NCBI RefSeq assembly: GCF_009914755.1
Contig: NC_060927.1
DNA from: the human T2T-CHM13v2.0 reference genome, Homo sapiens
Length of the DNA stretch: 64,000 nucleotides
Direction: 5' to 3' (one strand)
Shown here piece after piece: positions 53,826 to 64,000 of this stretch. The translations under genes were made by a program, and so were the position numbers. How positions within the stretch are numbered: position 1 is the stretch's first letter; each line of letters opens with the position of its first letter. The notes beneath the pieces were generated by a model that worked only from the letters and a program-made list of their open reading frames with translations, ran no database searches and was not told where the DNA came from.

Positions 53826-54371
53826 TGAGCCACCTCACCCGGCTGTGTTTTCATTTCTTTATAAGGCAGGTGATGTTGGCTTTACATATACAGTAGTAAT
53901 TTAAAATTATCTTTTTTTTTTAAGCCAAAAAAGGAAGTCAGTTTTAAAGAAAAATATAAATAGCTTGTACTTGGATGTGGTTAAAAAAAAAAAACACACA
54001 CAAACGTTGGTATTACAGAAGGTTTCTGACTTAATTATTTAGGACAATCATCTGTTTTATGGATTCTATGTTAAGGATCACTTATTGCATCATTCCCATT
54101 AAATATGTAGTATGATTTTCTGAATGGCAAATTGTAGAAGGGAATCTAAACCAAAGGGTAAGCGGTGGGTAGCAGAGTTTGTAAAGGCCTGTAAAGTGCT
54201 GCCCAAGAGAACTTCCTGCAGTGATAACTGTTGAGCACTCGAAATGTGGCTAGTTCAACTGAGGAACTGAATTTTAAACTTTATTTGATTCTAATAAAAC
54301 TTTAAGTTAGGTAACCATATCTGGCTACTAGCTACTGTGTTGGACAGTACAACTCCATTGGTTGCTTTTGA

Positions 54372-54904
<533 letters not shown>

Positions 54905-55539
54905 TAAGGTGATCTTTTCCCCATTTTACAGATGAGGCAGGCCTTCTGTTTTTTAAAAAAATCAGTGAGATCTTTTGACATAATCTCAGGGGCATACCGA
55001 GATTTTGATAACATTCGTAGGAAAATAAATATTATGATATTGTTTAGTAGCCACAATTTGCTATGTTACCAAGAGGCTTCTTGTCCTCTAGAGTCTGGAT
55101 GACAGACTGTGGGTTAAGCATCAATCGCTAAAGCTCTTCTTCTCCTCCTTAGAAAGTGCAGCAGAGTGTGTACTATCCCTCAGCACTATTAGAAGGGGAT
55201 AACCTGGAATTCTCTGATTCCTAAAATGAAAAACAACTCATTTGCATAGTTTGGTACTTATAACTATTAGCAAATTTCTCAAATTGGATTGTGCTTTACC
55301 TGGCCATTACTTTTTCCCTTTTGTTTGTTATTCCCCTATGTTTCTGGAAAGTAGTTTACATGTTCTGGAGCACTGCTTAAAAGCTACCATTGCAGTCTAT
55401 CTTTCTCTAAAGCAGAATGGCTAATGTGATGTTCTGTTTTTCTCAAACTAGCGTCTTCAAATACCCTTAATTAGGACATAGGATATTGTAGAAAGCTTAC
55501 ATCAGATATATAGAAAGTGAGAAAGAGGTAGTGTAATAA

Positions 55540-55981
<442 letters not shown>

Positions 55982-56353
55982 TGATGGTCAGGCTGGTCTT
56001 GAACTCCTGACATCAAGTGATCTGCCCGCCTTTGCCTCCCAAAGTGCTGGGATTACAGGCTTGAGCCACCGTGCCCAGCCTAAGATCTTCTAACACATCT
56101 CCACTAGAGGGATAGTCTTGTTCTATCTTAGATGTTTAAAAGCTGCATATTTTAGGCCAGGTGCAGTGGCATACACCTGTAATCTCAGCACTTTGGGAGG
56201 CTGAGGCAGAAGGATCACTTGAGCCCAGGAGTTCCAGACCAGCCTGGGCAACATAGTGAGACCTGCCTCTACCAAAAAATCAAAAAAATTAGCCAGACAT
56301 GGTGGTGCATGCCTGTGATCCCAGCTACTCAGGAGACTGAGGTAGGAGGATCA

Positions 56354-56473
<120 letters not shown>

Positions 56474-56565
56474 TTAGCCAAGCTATAATACGGGCTTAGT
56501 AAATAGTTGTTTAGGGCAACTACAGTATATTGTTACCTGCCTGGGAAGTAAGGACAAGCTAGTGA

Positions 56566-56824
<259 letters not shown>

Positions 56825-57489
56825 TGAGCCCAGCTAATTTTTGTATTTTTTTTAGAGACGGGATTTCACCATGTTTGCCAGGCTGGTCTTGAACTCCTGA
56901 CCTCGTGATCTGCCTGCCTCGGCCTCCCAAAGCGTTGGGATTACAGGCGTGAGCAACCACGCCCAGCAAAAATTTATTTTATATATCCTGGAGAACTCTG
57001 CTTAAAAGTTGTCATTTCAGAACATTTTGAGTGTGTGTGTGTGTGTGAATCAGTATGGATTTGCTAAAGTGATGGTTTTATGTTTTTATATTCAGATGTT
57101 TTATTTAAAAAACACAATTACAATACTGGTATTCCAGTTATTCAGCTAGAAAAATATTATTTATTTGTTTATTTATTTATTTATTTTGAGATGGAGTCTC
57201 ACTCTGTCGCCCCGGCTGGAGTGGAGTGGCGTGATCTTGGCTCACTGCAACCTCCGCCTCCCAGGTTCCAGTGATTCTCCTGCATCAGCCTCCTGAGTAG
57301 CTGGGACTATAGTCGTGCACCACCATGCCCAGCTAATTTTTTGTATTTTCAGTAGGGACGGGGTTTCACTGTGTTGGCCAGGATGTTCTCGATCTCCTGA
57401 CCTCAAGTGATCCACCCACCTCGGCCTCCCACCAAAGTGCTGGGATTACAGTCAAGAGCCACAAGTCTGGCCCAGTTTTTTTTTTTTGA

Positions 57490-57594
<105 letters not shown>

Positions 57595-57597
57595 TGA

Positions 57598-57786
<189 letters not shown>

Positions 57787-57833
57787 TGATAAATACCTTT
57801 TTATTTCAATGGTTGAAAATAGGACTTTTTTAA

Positions 57834-57977
<144 letters not shown>

Positions 57978-58228
57978 TGATACCATCCGCAGCTAATTTT
58001 TTGTACAAATGGGGTTTCTCCATGGTGGCCCAAGCTGGTCTCGAGCTCCTGGGCTCAAGCAATCCTCCCACCTCAGCCTCCCAAAGTGTTGGGATTACAG
58101 GTGTGAGCCACCACACCCAGCAAATAGAACTTTTGATAAAAATTGAGAGAGGCTCTTTCCAAGATATCATTTTATTTTTTAGCTGGAAGTTTATTACTTT
58201 ATATTTACAGTTTGTTGACACTTTCTAG

Positions 58229-58362
58229 ATTGCTTTATTCACCAAGTGAAAAACAGTCTCTACAATGCTGCCAGCTTATTTGGATTCCCATTCCAGCTGA
58301 CCACAAAGCCCATGGTAACTTCTGCTTGTAATGGAACACGGAATGTGGCCCCTTCAGGAGAG
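58229..58362 (+). CDS. SENP2: SENP2 exon 3 (D-CFIHQVKNSLYNAASLFGFPFQL...APSGE)
   Basis: TAG acceptor; GAG|GTCAGT donor; phases fit. Confidence 0.95.
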
Positions 58363-58774
58363 GTCAGTGGGGATGAGACTCCATTAGGAATACTGATCTT
58401 TATACTTAATCATTATATTTTAGAAAATTCTCTCTTCGAGAGTTAATGTGTATAATTACTTTTTTCCAGAAATATCTGTATCTTTATTAGCTGTGCTATA
58501 AAGGCCAAGAAATTAAAGGTTAATAAAATGAACATTTAAAACATGTTTACAAAGAGCTAAATATTATTACATATGCTTTCTTATTTAAGGATGTACAAAG
58601 AAACTAGAATTGTTATTTCTACATCATTTTGTGAGTCTTGACAAATTAAACCTTAGGTCTTATTGATGGTATCTCTTCTGTGAGCTACCTAAGAAAAAGT
58701 TATCTTTTCATAATAGAAAGTTATTTAGGTGACAAAATTTAGATGCTACAGAAGTGATTCTGTTTGATTTTAAG

Positions 58775-58841
58775 GTATTTTCGAACTCTTCATCTTGTGA
58801 ACTGACAGGTTCTGGATCCTGGAACAACATGCTGAAACTGG
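58775..58841 (+). CDS. SENP2: SENP2 exon 4 (VFSNSSSCELTGSGSWNNMLKL)
   Basis: AAG acceptor; G|GTGAGG donor. Confidence 0.93.
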
Positions 58842-59848
58842 GTGAGGTGGTCAAAAATATTTCTGTTTCCCGCTACCTCCTTCTGCCCATTTTTTTCCTA
58901 CATTTTGAAAATATGAAAGGAAAACACTGATTTGAATTGGGATGAGAAAGACATTCTTTCTACCGTTCTAAAAAGCAAATAGCTTTTCTTCAGAATTGTT
59001 GTCTTTGAATTTACTGTTGTTTTTTGTTTGTATTATCAGTGTCCTCAATGTGACTTAGATCAAGGTCATATTAAAAAGGTTCATTCATTTAAAAAAAAAC
59101 AAAAAAGCAAAAACATTTCCTGAGAACTTACTCTGTGCCGGGTGCTGTGCTTAAGTTATCAAGAATAACAAAATAATAAAACCTTATTCATGTCCTTTAG
59201 GAGTTCATCATCTAGTTGGGGAGCAGCCTTAGGTTCCCAGTTATCACAGTTTTATGGACTAGGGACTTCCATGTCATCCTTAGATCCTGAAGTGGAATTG
59301 TCATTATTATATATATGCACTATACAAAATGCTATGGTGGGGAAAAGTAGGAAGAAGCCAGAATCCTGCGAAATAGTTGTGATGTCTGCCACTCAGGAAG
59401 GCTTGTAAAGTTGGGGGGGAAGGAAGTTAAGGAAAATGAGCTTAGAGAAGTTGTAGGTTTAAAATTCAAAAGTGGAAGAAGATAAGGAAATGATAAAAGC
59501 CTTAGAGTTGTGCTTTTCAAACTGTTTTAAAAAGTACCTCTAGGAGTAGAGAAGAGCAAAGGAGAATAAATACATACCCCTGTGTCTGAGAAGCTAGTTC
59601 CTAAAAACTTGATATTTCTTTCTTTCTTTTTTTTTTTTTTTTTGAGATGGAGTTTCGCCCTTGTTGCCCAGGCTGGAGTGCAATAGGGCGATCTCGGCTC
59701 CAGCTCCTGGGTTCAAGTGATTCTCCTGCCTCAGCCTCCCGAGGAGCTGGGATTACAGGCATGCGCCACCACCCTGGCTAATTTTGTATTTTTAGTAGAG
59801 ACTGGGTTTCTCCGTGTTGGTCAGGCTGGTCTTGAACTCCCGACCTCA

Positions 59849-59944
<96 letters not shown>

Positions 59945-60581
59945 TCATTTAAAAAGTTAATATAAATTGAATTTCATCATCTGTTTGGAATATTTGTTTA
60001 GAATTGTTTACCGTTAAGATTGACACATATGAAGGATGGTAGATTTGTGCCTGAGATGCTGGCACTACTGTGTTTCTGTGAGTTTTGTGTAGTCTAGTCA
60101 GAGAAGCCCAGGTATTCCTAGGGCAGGTTTCTTGTGTAAAGAGGTCCATAATCGGTTATCTGCAACCCCTGGGAGCCAGATGTGTTTAGGAATTCAGAAT
60201 TTTTCATATTTTAGGTATGTTACCGGCCAAACATACGGCTGGTTTGAATTTGAATAATTTACTCCAATTGATTAGATTACAGAGAGTTATAATCTTTGAG
60301 TTCTTCATGGCCTCTTAACAGTCCCATCAAGCAAAACAAGCAAAGCCTGCCAGTGAATTCTGTTATTACCTATCTGAGATCAAAAACAAACTAAGCCCTA
60401 TTGCTTTCCTTTAACGTCTACAAAATTTGTGCTAGACTCCTGTGCTATTAATAGAAATTGAAAAACAAGATGTTGATTTAGCTCTATGATGTAGGTTGCT
60501 CACAGATTTTTTTTCTTTCCTTATGCAGACTGTTTGCAAGTGATTTTTCATTTTACAATTACAAATGCATTTTTTAAATAG

Positions 60582-60672
60582 GTAATAAATCTCCTAATGG
60601 AATAAGTGACTATCCAAAGATCAGAGTGACAGTTACCCGAGATCAGCCACGCAGAGTCCTGCCTTCCTTTGG
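60582..60672 (+). CDS. SENP2: SENP2 exon 5 (G-NKSPNGISDYPKIRVTVTRDQPRRVLPSF)
   Basis: TAG acceptor; GG|GTAAGT donor; the gene continues past the window. Confidence 0.94.
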
Positions 60673-61095
60673 GTAAGTGTTAAATTCTTTCTGTAAATGG
60701 AAACTTAGCATTTATTAGGTGCTCACTCTTGCTAGGCAGTCTCACTTTTGTTGTATTATGTAGTCCTGCTAAGCGCTCTGAGGTTAGTAACTTGCTGAAT
60801 GTCATGCAGCCAGTGAGAGACTTGAACTTAGGGGTGTGTTATATTTTCTTTTCTTGTCTTTTTTTTTTTTTTTTTTTGCGATGGAGTTTTGCTCTGTTTC
60901 CCAGGCTGGAGTGCATTGGTGCGATCTTGGCTCACTGTGACCTCTGCCTTCCAGGTTCAAGCAATTCTCCTGCCTCAGCCTCCTGAGTAGCTGGGATTAC
61001 AGGCACCCCCACACCATGCCCGGCTAATTTTTGTATTTTTAGTAGATATGGGGTTTCGCTATGTTGGCCAGGCTGGTCTCGAACTCCTGACCTCA

Positions 61096-61212
<117 letters not shown>

Positions 61213-61420
61213 TTAGAAAGAATTGCCACTTACTTTATTCTCAACTTAAAAATATAATTATGCATACAGAAAAGTGCTGAAATTATAAGTGTACGTGGCC
61301 TGGTTAATTTTCATACACTGGTCATATCCATCAGTTGTAAAATGTTATTATTAATAGTTTTCTTACTTTCCTTTGTAGAATTTTTATTGCTTGGACATTA
61401 GACCTTCTAGATTGATCTAA

Positions 61421-61690
<270 letters not shown>

Positions 61691-62084
61691 TAATCCACCC
61701 ACCTCAGCCTCTCAAAGTGCTGGGATTACAGGCGTGAGCCACTGCGTGCGGCCTTCTTGCTCTTTTTAAAAACATTTTTTACTAATTCTTTTTTGACTGT
61801 CAGTTTTTAAGTTAGAAAAGTTCTCCCCCTGCCTATTCCCAGTGTTTTTTTTCTTTCTCTAAGCATCTTGTTCTTATAAGGATGCAAAATCTTTCCTTAT
61901 CTCTCTAAAGCTGTTTATTATTTTAAAATATGTTTTGAGTGCTCCCTTCTGGTTTATGCCGTCTCCCTCCATGTTTGTTTATTTTGGTCTGATCTTTGAA
62001 GTTAGAGTCTTTATTCAAGTACTTGGTACTCCTTGGCTATCCACTTATATTTAGGAATGAGAAACTAAAAACTAGCGCCCTCTG

Positions 62085-63550
<1,466 letters not shown>

Positions 63551-63558
63551 ATTTTCTA

Positions 63559-63999
<441 letters not shown>

Positions 64000-64000
64000 A

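Overview
Human, Alu-rich genomic DNA. I recognise it from the encoded proteins as the LIPH - HERV-K(HML-2) - SENP2 interval (3q27.2 locus, K117/ERVK-11 by recall). It contains LIPH coding exon 1 (minus strand, 12244-12292) and SENP2 exons 1-5 with a CpG-island promoter (plus strand, from 46218). Between them is a nested retroelement complex. An AluS is split by a ~16.8 kb degenerate betaretroviral provirus (18783-35556). That provirus is HML-5-related, has a tRNA-Trp-like PBS, and has its CA-NC-PR-RT core replaced by ~1.3 kb of non-viral, 3'UTR-like DNA. Inside it sits a young, 9180-bp, type-1 HML-2 provirus on the minus strand (22372-31551; LTRs differ at 4 sites; TGTACC target duplication). 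This HML-2 copy has unusual reading frames: Gag is fused in frame to Pro, an LTR-encoded upstream ATG is in frame with Gag, and Pol runs into Env up to a single stop. Np9 is intact. Family names and consensus comparisons come from memory and need database confirmation. Most short ORFs in the track are Alu translation artefacts.
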